Assembly (NCBI GenBank): GCA_020854055.1
Contig: JADZGD010000011.1
Span: forward strand, 17,752 to 81,751
DNA length: 64,000 nucleotides
Direction: 5' to 3'
DNA from: Bryobacterales bacterium
GTDB taxonomy: Bacteria > Acidobacteriota > Terriglobia > Bryobacterales > Bryobacteraceae
Positions 17,951 through 26,524 of this stretch are shown here, in pieces. The notes beneath the pieces are model-generated. The model saw only the letters and a program-made list of their open reading frames with translations. It searched no databases and had not been told where the DNA came from. The translations under genes and the position numbers were made by a program. The first letter of the stretch is position 1, and each line of letters opens with the position of its first letter.

Positions 17951-18841
17951 TTAACACGGCGTTTTGGCCGGTCCCCGCTGGCCTACCAGGTCTGCAAGCG
18001 CGTTCGCCAGCTCCGGATAGCGGAACTCGAATCCCGCTTCCATCAGCCGGGCGGGCAGCGCCCTCTGGCTCGCCAGCAGGACCTCCGCCATCTCGCCGAA
18101 TACCAACCGTAGGGCGAATGCGGGCGCGGGAATTATGGCCGGACGCCGCAAAGCCGCCGCCACCGCCCTGACAAACTCCGCGTTTCTCACTACCCCCGGC
18201 GCGGTAGCATTGACCGGACCCGCAACCCGGCCATCCTCCAGCACTTTCTCAAAGATTGCAACCAGGTCTTTCAAATGGATCCACGAAATCCACTGCCGCC
18301 CGAACCCGAAACGCCCGCCAATCCCCATCCGGAACGGAGTCAGCATCTTCGCCAACGCGCCACCGCCCCCATCGAGCACCATGCCGATACGGGTCGATAC
18401 CACCCGGCATCCAAATTGCTCCGCCCGGGAGGCTGCATCCTCCCACGCCTGGCAAACCCCGGCTAAAAAGTCCGCGCCCGGTCCCGAGTCCTCCCTCAAG
18501 GTCTCCTCGCCCCGATCGCCGTAGTAGCCAATCGCCGATCCGCAAATCAGCACGCCCGGAGGCCGCTCTGCCTGCCCGATCGCGCTTACCAACCGGGACG
18601 TACCCTCGATCCGGCTCTCCCGGATCTGGGCTTTCGCGGCCGCCGTCCAACGCTGTGCGATCGGTTCCCCCGCCAGGTGGATCACCGCCCCAGCGCCCTC
18701 TACGAGACCCACCGGAAACTGCCCCTCCGCCGCATCCCACTCATCGTGCCGCACCGGTGTCACGTGGTGGCCCTTGAGCTTGAGACAGCGGCTGAGCCTG
18801 GTGCCGATAAACCCGCCTGCTCCCGTCAGCACAACGCGCAT
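17951..18841 (-). CDS. NAD-dependent epimerase family protein (YfcH / SDR39U1-like, C-terminal DUF1731-type)
   Basis: MRVVLTGAGGFIGTRL glycine-rich NAD motif at the N-terminus. C-terminal ...ASQRALPARLMEAGFEFRYPEL is typical of this family. Confidence 0.85.
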   Translation of the reverse strand: MRVVLTGAGGFIGTRLSRCLKLKGHHVTPVRHDEWDAAEGQFPVGLVEGAGAVIHLAGEPIAQRWTAAAKAQIRESRIEGTSRLVSAIGQAERPPGVLICGSAIGYYGDRGEETLREDSGPGADFLAGVCQAWEDAASRAEQFGCRVVSTRIGMVLDGGGGALAKMLTPFRMGIGGRFGFGRQWISWIHLKDLVAIFEKVLEDGRVAGPVNATAPGVVRNAEFVRAVAAALRRPAIIPAPAFALRLVFGEMAEVLLASQRALPARLMEAGFEFRYPELANALADLVGQRGPAKTPC

Positions 18842-18915
18842 CTCAGCCGCCAATATACCAGCCGCCGCGGCTTCATACCTCTTTTTCGACCTGCCGCTAC
18901 AATTAAAGGAGCATC

Positions 18916-20010
18916 ATGCGAGCATGGAATCGCGCCAGGCTCCTCTGGAGTTACCTCCGGCGCCACACGCGGGTGAATGCCCTGCCGGTCGAGTACATCG
19001 TCGAAACCACGGCCAAATGTAATCTCTACTGCCCGATGTGCCCGCGCGAATCGCACCCCCAGCCCAAAGAAGACATGCTCGACGGTATCTTCACCCGGCT
19101 GGTGAACGAATCGGCCCGCTCGGCCGAACACATGATGCTGATCGGACTGGGCGAGCCGCTGCTCGACCCCTCCATCTTCAACCGCATCGAGTACTGCGCC
19201 GAGCACGGCATCTCCACCCTCCTCTCCACCAACGGCACCCTGCTCGACGAAAAAGCCGCTGACCGCCTCCTCTCCACCCGGCTCGATCACATCACCCTGA
19301 GCTTCGACGGCGCAACCAAGGAGAGCTACGAGTTCTACCGCAAAGGCGCCCGCTTTGAAAAGGTGAGGGACAACTTCGTGCGCTTCGCCCGCATGAAGCA
19401 CGAGCGCCGCTTGCCCGTGCAGATCGTCGTCCAGATGGTGGTCATGGAACGTAACCGCAACGAGACCGAAGAGTTCGTACGCTTCTGGTCGGCAGTTCCC
19501 GGTGTCGATCAGGTCCGGCTGAAAGAGGATGAAACCAACCTCATGCAGCCCGAGGCCGGCCACCAGTCCGCCGACTGGAGGTGGCCCTGCCATTACCTGT
19601 GGCGCGGTCCCATGTATGTGAAGCACAACGGCGACGTCTATCCCTGCTGCCAGAGTTACATGCTGGACGGAAAACCCGTCGGCCACCTCGGCAAACAGTC
19701 GCTCGAAGAGATCTGGAACTCGCCCGGGATGCGGCAAATGCGCGAGTTGCACGCCCTCGGCCGGGCCAACGAAATCGATATTTGCTCGCGCTGCCTCATC
19801 AACATCCCCCACCCCGCGCTGGTCGTCGGCAGCCTGGTCTTCCACGGCCGCACCGTGCGCCGCCTATTGCCGCTGATCGAGCGCCTGCAACACTGGGGGA
19901 GACTTCCCATTCGCCTGCTGACCCCGCCCGCGCCGCATTCCGGCGATCCGGCGAAAACGCTCATCCAGATCGAAGGTCCGGTGGGTCCGGCGCCAAAGTC
20001 CGGCGACTGA
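18916..20010 (+). CDS. radical SAM protein with SPASM/twitch-like C-terminal Cys cluster
   Basis: CxxxCxxC as VETTAKCNLYCPMCPRE. C-terminal cysteines in CHYLWRGPMYVKHNGDVYPCCQSYM...ICSRC. Confidence 0.85.
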   Translation: MRAWNRARLLWSYLRRHTRVNALPVEYIVETTAKCNLYCPMCPRESHPQPKEDMLDGIFTRLVNESARSAEHMMLIGLGEPLLDPSIFNRIEYCAEHGISTLLSTNGTLLDEKAADRLLSTRLDHITLSFDGATKESYEFYRKGARFEKVRDNFVRFARMKHERRLPVQIVVQMVVMERNRNETEEFVRFWSAVPGVDQVRLKEDETNLMQPEAGHQSADWRWPCHYLWRGPMYVKHNGDVYPCCQSYMLDGKPVGHLGKQSLEEIWNSPGMRQMRELHALGRANEIDICSRCLINIPHPALVVGSLVFHGRTVRRLLPLIERLQHWGRLPIRLLTPPAPHSGDPAKTLIQIEGPVGPAPKSGD

Positions 20011-20026
20011 AGCGCGGAGTCGGGCG

Positions 20027-22369
20027 TTACTGGTCGATGGCCTTGCGCAATTTGCGGAACTTGGACTTCAGTTCTTCGCTGGCGTCGCGAATCTGAGCTG
20101 TGTCGTAAATCACCCGGGGCGTGAGAAAAACCACCAGTTCCGTGCGGTCGCGGGTGTAACTGCGGTTCCCGAACGCCGCCCCCACAATGGGTAGCCGGTG
20201 CAGCAAAGGGACACCCGAGCTGCTCATGCCGTTGCTCTCGTTGATGATGCCGCCGATGGCGATCGTATCGCCGTCCTCCACCGTGACCTGCGTCTGCACG
20301 GTGCGCTTGGAGAAAGAAGGCGACTGAATTGCCGACGTCGAAGACGGAGCCTGCGGCGAGCTCACTTCCTGGTTGATCACCAGCGTCACAACGCCGCTGG
20401 GATTCACGCGCGCCATGATGTTCAGCGTGACGCCGGTGCTGCGATTGGCGATCGAGTTGGCGAATAACGAGTTGCCGCCCTGCTGTACTCCCGTGACGGC
20501 CTGCGCCGTCAGCGTTGGCACCTCCTCGCCCACGTTGATTGAAGCGGGAATGCTGTCGGTAGCGATGACGCTCGGTTCGGAAAGAGTCTTCGTCTTGCTT
20601 GCGTTCTCGCTCAACGAAAGCGCGCCCAACAACTCGCGGCTCTTGCCCACCAGAAGGCCGGCCGTGAGCGTGGTGTAAGGCGCAACCATCGATCCCTGAA
20701 ACTGATGCGCAAAGCTGGCGGTGTTGGCCCCGCTGGCGCCCAGCCGCTGCAGATATGCGGAGACTCCGCTGGCGAAAGCGCCGCTGAGAGTTACCTCCAC
20801 AACCTTCGCTTCGATCAGAACCTGTCTCGGTGGAATATCGAGCTGTTTCAATAGCCGCAGGATCGACTCGTATTCCTCCGGAGTCGCCTGAATCAGAATC
20901 GTGTTATCCATCGGATTGGGAACAATCTGCGGACCTCTCGCCGCGGCCCTCGCCGTGCTCCCTGTCAGATACTGCCCGGTTTGGTCGGCGGATGGGCCAG
21001 GAGCCGCGGCCGTGCCGGTACCTGAAGCCGGAACCGGAGTCGAAGTCGTGCCGAGGGGCGGAACGCCCGAGCTGATGATCGAATTGGGAAGGCCCCCGAT
21101 CATCGGGTTCATTCCGTACATGCCCCCGCCATACATCCCGCCGCCGTACATTCCTCCACCATACATCCCGCCCATGCCGCCCATACCGCCCATGCCGGAG
21201 TACATACCGCCGCTCCCATACATCCCGCCGCCATACATCGATGCCCCATACATACCGCCGCCCATGCCGCCCATACCGCCCATGCCGCCCATCATTCCCA
21301 TCATGCCCATCATCCCCATCATGCCCATCATGCCGCCGCCCATATAAAGCGACATGACGGCGATTCCGATGAACTCGGCGCGGCCGTACTTCACCCGATA
21401 GACATAGTTATCCACGGAGCCCGACGGCGCGGCGACCGCGATGTCCAGCTTCTTCAACCACTCGGAGACCTGGCTGAAAACGCCGGGGTTGCTGGCAATC
21501 GCGATCAGCGTGTTGATCCGGTCAAGCGGAAGAAACTTGATGGTAGATAGCCGCTCGTTCAACGAGATCGACTTAAAGATCTTGTCCAATTCCTTGGCCA
21601 GATCCGTGGGCCGGCTGTTCTTGATGTCAAACAGGCGCACACGCTGTCCGGCCAGCGTGTCGCTATCGAACATGGCGATCAGTTCCATGGTGCGCCGCAT
21701 GTTCCGGCCGCTGTCCAGGATCATGAGCAGGTTCGCCGGCGCATACGTATAGACCTTGCCCCCATGGCCGAGAAACGGCTCCAACAGCTTCGATAGCTCA
21801 TCGGCGTTCACATATTTGAGAAAGACCAGATTCAGCCGCACACGGTCGTCTTCGGGTATCGCCTGCGCCTGCTTCTCTTCGGGAGCCAGTGGCTGGCTGG
21901 CAACATCTACCAGCGGAACGATGCGATAGACCGGGCCATTCTGCACCATGGCAAATCCATTGATGCGCAGCACCAGGTCGAGCAGCGCGCGCGTGTCGAT
22001 GGATTTGGTCTCTCCGTAGGTGAATAGCGTGACCGAGCCCTGCACCTTCGGATCGAGAACATAGTTGATCTTCAACTGCCGCGCTAACAGATCGATCACC
22101 GTGGTGAGCGAGGCATTGTCCAGATTGAGACTGCCCGTTTCCGGGCCTCCCGGGCCGGCAGTCTGCGGAATGGTAACCGGTACCGCCTTCTTGGTGTGGA
22201 CCGGTTTGTCCGCAACCTGGCCGGTAGCCGGAGCCGCCTCCTCCGGCGGGCGATTCAATTTGTCCGCCGAGGGACCGAAGCCGGGAGGAATGACAACAGG
22301 GGTCTGCGCCACCAGTAGCGAAGCCAGCGCCACGGCGGCACAACCGATTCGGATGGGCTGCGAAAACAT
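20027..22369 (-). CDS. gspD: type II secretion system secretin GspD with an internal Gly/Met/Tyr-rich insert
   Basis: Signal peptide. N0-like LNLDNASLTTVIDLLARQLKINYVLD. Repeated N-domains. C-terminal secretin core ...GVPLLHRLPIVGAAFGNRSYTRDRTELVVFLTPRVI. Confidence 0.9.
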   Translation of the reverse strand: MFSQPIRIGCAAVALASLLVAQTPVVIPPGFGPSADKLNRPPEEAAPATGQVADKPVHTKKAVPVTIPQTAGPGGPETGSLNLDNASLTTVIDLLARQLKINYVLDPKVQGSVTLFTYGETKSIDTRALLDLVLRINGFAMVQNGPVYRIVPLVDVASQPLAPEEKQAQAIPEDDRVRLNLVFLKYVNADELSKLLEPFLGHGGKVYTYAPANLLMILDSGRNMRRTMELIAMFDSDTLAGQRVRLFDIKNSRPTDLAKELDKIFKSISLNERLSTIKFLPLDRINTLIAIASNPGVFSQVSEWLKKLDIAVAAPSGSVDNYVYRVKYGRAEFIGIAVMSLYMGGGMMGMMGMMGMMGMMGGMGGMGGMGGGMYGASMYGGGMYGSGGMYSGMGGMGGMGGMYGGGMYGGGMYGGGMYGMNPMIGGLPNSIISSGVPPLGTTSTPVPASGTGTAAAPGPSADQTGQYLTGSTARAAARGPQIVPNPMDNTILIQATPEEYESILRLLKQLDIPPRQVLIEAKVVEVTLSGAFASGVSAYLQRLGASGANTASFAHQFQGSMVAPYTTLTAGLLVGKSRELLGALSLSENASKTKTLSEPSVIATDSIPASINVGEEVPTLTAQAVTGVQQGGNSLFANSIANRSTGVTLNIMARVNPSGVVTLVINQEVSSPQAPSSTSAIQSPSFSKRTVQTQVTVEDGDTIAIGGIINESNGMSSSGVPLLHRLPIVGAAFGNRSYTRDRTELVVFLTPRVIYDTAQIRDASEELKSKFRKLRKAIDQ
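21092..21343 (-). repeat. in-frame low-complexity coding repeat (MGG / MMG / MYGGG units) inside gspD
   Basis: Secretin residues about 343-426: MGGGMMGMMGMMGMMGMMGGMGGMGGMGGGMYGASMYGGGMYGSGGMYSGMGGMGGMGGMYGGGMYGGGMYGGGMYGMNPMIGG. On the plus strand the DNA shows reiterated catgccgcc / catcatgcc / gtacat units. Confidence 0.9.
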
Positions 22370-22375
22370 CGGCCG

Positions 22376-22870
22376 TTACTCCTGGCCGCCCGCGGCGGCG
22401 CCCCGCGGCGCCGCGTCCGCTTTCTTGCCCTGGTAACGCTCCCAAACACGGCGTTCGTACGCGCTCAAATCACTCTTCCTGGTGGTCCACTTAAGCAGGC
22501 CGAAAGGGCCGGGCCGGGTAAACTCGATGGCATCGCCCTTATCCGTGGCCGTGGCCATATCCACGGCCCGCCGGTCCACCACGGTCTCACGATCATATTC
22601 GGGATGGTCGGCCACGGCCAGTTTGGCCAGAGTGAATGGCGTGCGCCGGTAGATCCACTTCTTCCCTTGCGGATCGGTATATTCCCACGTATTCGGGCTG
22701 ACCAATTTCGCGCCGGCCGGAAGTCTTGCCAGCATCGGATCCGCCCGATCCGTCTTGTAAGCGCCGGTCTTCGGCGCCGCCTGGGCGTTGGCCGGCTTTG
22801 CGGAATCGGAGGCGGCGCCGGCCGCTAGCGCTGTCCCCAAACACAATACTGCCGTGATCAGCTTCTTCAT
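22376..22870 (-). CDS. hypothetical secreted protein immediately upstream of the secretin
   Basis: Signal MKKLITAVLCLGTALAAGAAS. I recognise no family. It is 6 nt from the gspD start and 9 nt after the preceding gene. Confidence 0.6.
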   Translation of the reverse strand: MKKLITAVLCLGTALAAGAASDSAKPANAQAAPKTGAYKTDRADPMLARLPAGAKLVSPNTWEYTDPQGKKWIYRRTPFTLAKLAVADHPEYDRETVVDRRAVDMATATDKGDAIEFTRPGPFGLLKWTTRKSDLSAYERRVWERYQGKKADAAPRGAAAGGQE

Positions 22871-22879
22871 CGAATTTCC

Positions 22880-23629
22880 TTATGGTTTACCTACCGGCTC
22901 CCAGCGGCAGAAGCCGCCAAATGGAGTCGCATTCTTCACTAATCTCAGGCCGTTGACAACGGTCCCCGCCGGCGTGGTGTCGCCGGGCTGGCACATGTGA
23001 AATTCCGAGCCCGGCGCCATTTCTTTACCCGGCCCCAGTTGGTTGTCCCCGCTGGAGATCTTGGTGGTACCAGCCGGCGCATCCGGCTGTGGCGCCGCAG
23101 CCGCCGCCGCTTGTTGAGGCGCCTCCACCTGGCGTTCGACCCGGGCGTTGCGGGCCGCAATCTCAGCCAGCGTCCGCCTCACCTGTTTGCCGTCCCACTC
23201 TAATACGATCTCTTCCCGGTTTACCGACACAAGCTTGAAATCGCCGATCTCGTCCCCCGGGCGGTAAGCCTTGGTGGAGCTTGCCGGCTTCTCGCTCAAT
23301 AAGACGGTGGGATCGCCTCCAAAGTCGACGAAGCCATGGGAAAAAGGCAGCGCCGGCATGGGCGGAGGGGGAGCCACGTCGAGAACCACGTTGGGATTGC
23401 GGTCGCGCGAGAACAACATCTTCTGAGCTACGCCGGCATATTGCGCGGAGTTTACGCCGGCAACGGGCGGCAGCAGGGGAGCTACCGGCGCCGGCGCGGG
23501 CTTTACCTTCTGCTGGATCGCCTGCTGCCGGCGGGCCTCGGATGCGCGCCAATTGCGGCGAAACTGCCAGCCAAGACCGGCCACGGCAACCGCCAGCACC
23601 AGGTTAACAATAGCCAGTCTGCGCCTCAA
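22880..23629 (-). CDS. hypothetical membrane-anchored protein (position consistent with a GspC/PilP-type component)
   Basis: N-terminal anchor MRRRLAIVNLVLAVAVAGLGW, a Pro/Ala-rich linker, and a small beta-rich C-terminus (GDFKLVSVNREEIVLEWDGKQVR). Its ATG overlaps the upstream stop (ATGA). Confidence 0.6.
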   Translation of the reverse strand: MRRRLAIVNLVLAVAVAGLGWQFRRNWRASEARRQQAIQQKVKPAPAPVAPLLPPVAGVNSAQYAGVAQKMLFSRDRNPNVVLDVAPPPPMPALPFSHGFVDFGGDPTVLLSEKPASSTKAYRPGDEIGDFKLVSVNREEIVLEWDGKQVRRTLAEIAARNARVERQVEAPQQAAAAAAPQPDAPAGTTKISSGDNQLGPGKEMAPGSEFHMCQPGDTTPAGTVVNGLRLVKNATPFGGFCRWEPVGKP

Positions 23630-24213
23630 AATGCCGCCAACCCTTTCTTTTCCGGCACCAGTTTGCGCGGCACCGCCGCGGAGACCGTCAGCCGCACCTG
23701 AACTGTTTTCTGCTTTGCGTTGGCCGCGCTGATGCGCACCTGGTCGGTCGCGATCAGTTCCGGCTGCTGCGTGATCCGGGCAAGCAGGTTCAGCGTGGCA
23801 TCGATCGTGGATTCGAACCCGATCGAAACGGTGACCACCCCGTACGCATCTCCCAACGGGCGCGCCTGGCCCAGCTCCTTCGTCTTCAGTTCAATGTTCT
23901 CTGCCTTGGCGAGCTTCTGCATCAACTGCAACAGCATGGCCTGCGCCTGGGGAGCGGTGTCCGCGGCAAGCATTCCCTTCTCTCGCGACGCCAGATCAGC
24001 CCGCGCCTGCTCAACCAGGTGCTTCTTGCCCGGAACCATCGACGCCAGTTGCCGCATTCGGGCCACCCTCCGTTCGGCCAGCGGAATGCTATCCACCGAT
24101 GCCGCAACGCCGGGTGTGGAATCACCGCTTCCGGAGAAGTAATAGATGCCTCCGGCAATCATCACCACGGCCCACAACCCAAGCAATTTGCGGTCGCGCC
24201 CCGAAATGCTCAC
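23626..24213 (-). CDS. GspM/PilO-like bitopic assembly protein
   Basis: Short cytoplasmic N-terminus, one TM (LLGLWAVVMIAGGIYYF), a coiled-coil segment and then a ferredoxin-like C-terminus. The position between the L-like and C/P-like genes fits. 4-nt overlaps on both sides. Confidence 0.6.
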   Translation of the reverse strand: MSISGRDRKLLGLWAVVMIAGGIYYFSGSGDSTPGVAASVDSIPLAERRVARMRQLASMVPGKKHLVEQARADLASREKGMLAADTAPQAQAMLLQLMQKLAKAENIELKTKELGQARPLGDAYGVVTVSIGFESTIDATLNLLARITQQPELIATDQVRISAANAKQKTVQVRLTVSAAVPRKLVPEKKGLAAF

Positions 24214-25523
24214 CGCACGCCTCCCTCGCGCCGGGTGCGGATCCGGAAAACTTCGATCTTGCCGCTTTTCTGGAAGGACGTTACGAACTCGGATCCCTGA
24301 AAGAACGGCGACGCATCCAGAGTCTTCAGTAGAGGTTCGGCTTGCTCGGCCTCGCCGGCCAGGTTGACCGTGTCGAGGGTCATCTCCAGGTTGGAGATAA
24401 AAATGGGAGGCGGAAGAATGTTCGTCAGTTCATTCAGAGTGTCGATGTCGGTTCGGGTCTGCTTGCGGAAATCATCCAGCAGGCGGATCCGCGCATAAGC
24501 GTTGGCGGCTTCCCTGTCCAGCCGCGATACGAGGCTGGCCGCCGGTTCCAGTTGCTGGATCTGATGGCGAAGCGTGGCCAGGTAGCGGCGATCGGCTATC
24601 GTGCGATACGATGCCAGGCCGACCAGCAACGCCACGAGCAGCAGCGCCAGCACCAGAGTCGGAATGAAGATGGCACGCGAGGAGGAGGCCCGCTGCCCCT
24701 CCGGCAACAGATTCACGGCCGGCGCCAGGCGTGGGCAAGCCCCGGAAAGCGCCGAAGCGTAGGGCAAGGCGATAGCGTGGAAACTGGTATCTTCGGGCGT
24801 GGTTTTCGGTTGCGGCAACATGCCGGTGGCATCCAGCGTTTCCACCGTATCATCCAACCGCAACTCGGCCAGCGTCAACGTACGCGCCCGGCCTTCGGCG
24901 CCGTTCAGAAAGCAGGCCGAAAAGATGGGGCGCGAAGGGCTTTCCCCGTACGCCTCCACACCGCCGTCAAACGTTTGCAGCACCAGGAGTCCGCCCGCCG
25001 GCGGAACCGAATACAGACGCGAGGCCGAATACAAGACCGACGCGGAGAAGGTGAGCGCCGCCACCTTGACTCCGGCCTCGTTAAAAACCGTCATTACCTC
25101 ATCAATCACGCCGCGCCGGGCGACGCCCACCAGCACCGAATCGGTACCGGGAATGCGCCTCCAGCCGAGCACCGCTTCATCCTCGCTAAAGGGATGGAGC
25201 GAATCGGCCTGGTAGCCGATTGCGTTCTCCAGTTCGTTGTCGGCGACGCCGGGCAGCGCAACCTGCCGCACAATGACGTCTTTGCGCGGCAGCAGCACGG
25301 TTGCGGGAATGTGCGCCGCGCCCAGTCCGCGGACAAACGCCGCATAATCGCTCCCCCACTCCGCGGCCGGCCGCTGGCGAAATTTATCCACCGCCGCCGC
25401 GCCGAGAATCGTCACTCCATTGGGGCGCGCCCGGACCACAGTCACGATCAGGTCCCGCGGTCCGATCTCGATACCAATGCCAGTTCCGATGGCGAGCCAG
25501 CGCTTCCACCCCGCAGCGATCAT
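24210..25523 (-). CDS. GspL-like assembly protein (PilM-like cytoplasmic domain, TM, PilN-like periplasmic domain)
   Basis: N-terminus IGIEIGPRDLIVTVV...LPRKDVIVRQVALPGVADNELENAIGYQADSLHPFSEDEAVLGW resembles PilM/GspL. TM IFIPTLVLALLLVALLVGLASY. The coiled-coil plus C-terminus resembles PilN. Confidence 0.65.
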   Translation of the reverse strand: MIAAGWKRWLAIGTGIGIEIGPRDLIVTVVRARPNGVTILGAAAVDKFRQRPAAEWGSDYAAFVRGLGAAHIPATVLLPRKDVIVRQVALPGVADNELENAIGYQADSLHPFSEDEAVLGWRRIPGTDSVLVGVARRGVIDEVMTVFNEAGVKVAALTFSASVLYSASRLYSVPPAGGLLVLQTFDGGVEAYGESPSRPIFSACFLNGAEGRARTLTLAELRLDDTVETLDATGMLPQPKTTPEDTSFHAIALPYASALSGACPRLAPAVNLLPEGQRASSSRAIFIPTLVLALLLVALLVGLASYRTIADRRYLATLRHQIQQLEPAASLVSRLDREAANAYARIRLLDDFRKQTRTDIDTLNELTNILPPPIFISNLEMTLDTVNLAGEAEQAEPLLKTLDASPFFQGSEFVTSFQKSGKIEVFRIRTRREGGVR

Positions 25524-26524
25524 CTTCCGAGACCCTCCGCCACCGGCGCATTGTCATACCATCGCAGAACATCGTAGGGTCTGTCGTAGGTGCCAATGAA
25601 ATGCATCTGTACGGTGACGCCAATCGAACGCGCCAGGTCGGAAAGTTTTCCGCCGGCACGTACCGGCCGGGCTGTGGCCCGCAGCGTAAAGATCGAATTG
25701 CCACCCACTCTCAATCGCTGGCCGGCCGGACCGGATGCCTGAACCAGCGCCATCAGTTCCTGCGCGCCGCGAATTGGAGCGATGCGCCGGCGCAGGACGA
25801 TCGCATGGATCGTCTCCGGCGTCAGGCCCAGTGCCTGCATCAGCGCGGGATGTATGGAATTGACATCAAAGCTGCCCATCGAACCAAACACGGACACACA
25901 ATCCTTCAGCCCGGGATGGGGCACCAGGTTGCCCTTCGGGCCGCGCTCATAGCTGCCATAGTAGATTTCGGGCGTCATTCCATGAACCAGCAGGAGTTCT
26001 TCCGTCTCTCCTAACGACGCATGCCGCGCCCGAAAAGACGACGGGCTGGAAAGATACAGCGAATCAAACGGGGTAATGGTGCCTGGAGGAACGAACGTCC
26101 GCCAGTCTATGATCGCCGCGGTGATCTCCCCGGCGCGGCCTGGCGGCACGCCGAGCACCATCAGCAGCCGCAACAACTCATCGGGTTGACAGACGTTGAT
26201 GTTGAGCTTGGCGGTTTCCGGAACCACCTCCACCAGAGTCCGCCCCCCCGGAAAGTCGAAATGAAGATAGCTCTGCCCGTTCTCCCAGTAGCGGGCCGTC
26301 CCGTCGGGATTTCTCACTCCGGAACCGTAGGTCATATAGAGCAACGCCCGCTCCAGCGCTCCTTCGGCCAGGTAGTAGGCACGCAGCCCGTCGGCGGCGG
26401 TGGAGGTTCGCTCTGTCTCCGCGCGGACCGTGGTTGCCAGCGTGAACGCGATGGCCGAAAGCGCCGCCGACAGCCACAACACGGCCAGCAGCGCGGCGCC
26501 GCGCCGGGTGTCAGTTGTCTTCAT
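25520..26524 (-). CDS. gspK: type II secretion minor pseudopilin GspK
   Basis: RRGAALLAVLWLSAALSAIAFTLATTVRAETERTSTAADGLRAYYLAEGALERALLYM is the typical GspK N-terminus. The size also fits GspK. Confidence 0.8.
   Translation of the reverse strand: MKTTDTRRGAALLAVLWLSAALSAIAFTLATTVRAETERTSTAADGLRAYYLAEGALERALLYMTYGSGVRNPDGTARYWENGQSYLHFDFPGGRTLVEVVPETAKLNINVCQPDELLRLLMVLGVPPGRAGEITAAIIDWRTFVPPGTITPFDSLYLSSPSSFRARHASLGETEELLLVHGMTPEIYYGSYERGPKGNLVPHPGLKDCVSVFGSMGSFDVNSIHPALMQALGLTPETIHAIVLRRRIAPIRGAQELMALVQASGPAGQRLRVGGNSIFTLRATARPVRAGGKLSDLARSIGVTVQMHFIGTYDRPYDVLRWYDNAPVAEGLGR

Noticed and set aside
18826-19845. 339-aa minus-strand ORF
   Set aside because: Antisense to the radical SAM gene, which has a CxxxCxxC motif. 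No motifs of its own.
17729-20010. RiPP-like pairing of the 69-aa ORF with the radical SAM/SPASM enzyme
   Set aside because: An oppositely oriented epimerase-family gene separates the two. The small protein has only two cysteines and a Lys-rich tail rather than a leader/core architecture. No transporter or protease lies nearby.
21092-21343. Short-unit DNA repeat considered as a possible CRISPR array, microsatellite or non-coding repeat
   Set aside because: The units are 9-15 nt with no spacers. They stay in frame and translate into the Gly/Met/Tyr tract inside an otherwise intact secretin ORF. It is reported as a coding low-complexity insert instead.
24342-25577. 411-aa plus-strand ORF
   Set aside because: Antisense to the GspL-like gene inside a tightly overlapping minus-strand operon. 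Arg-rich nonsense composition.
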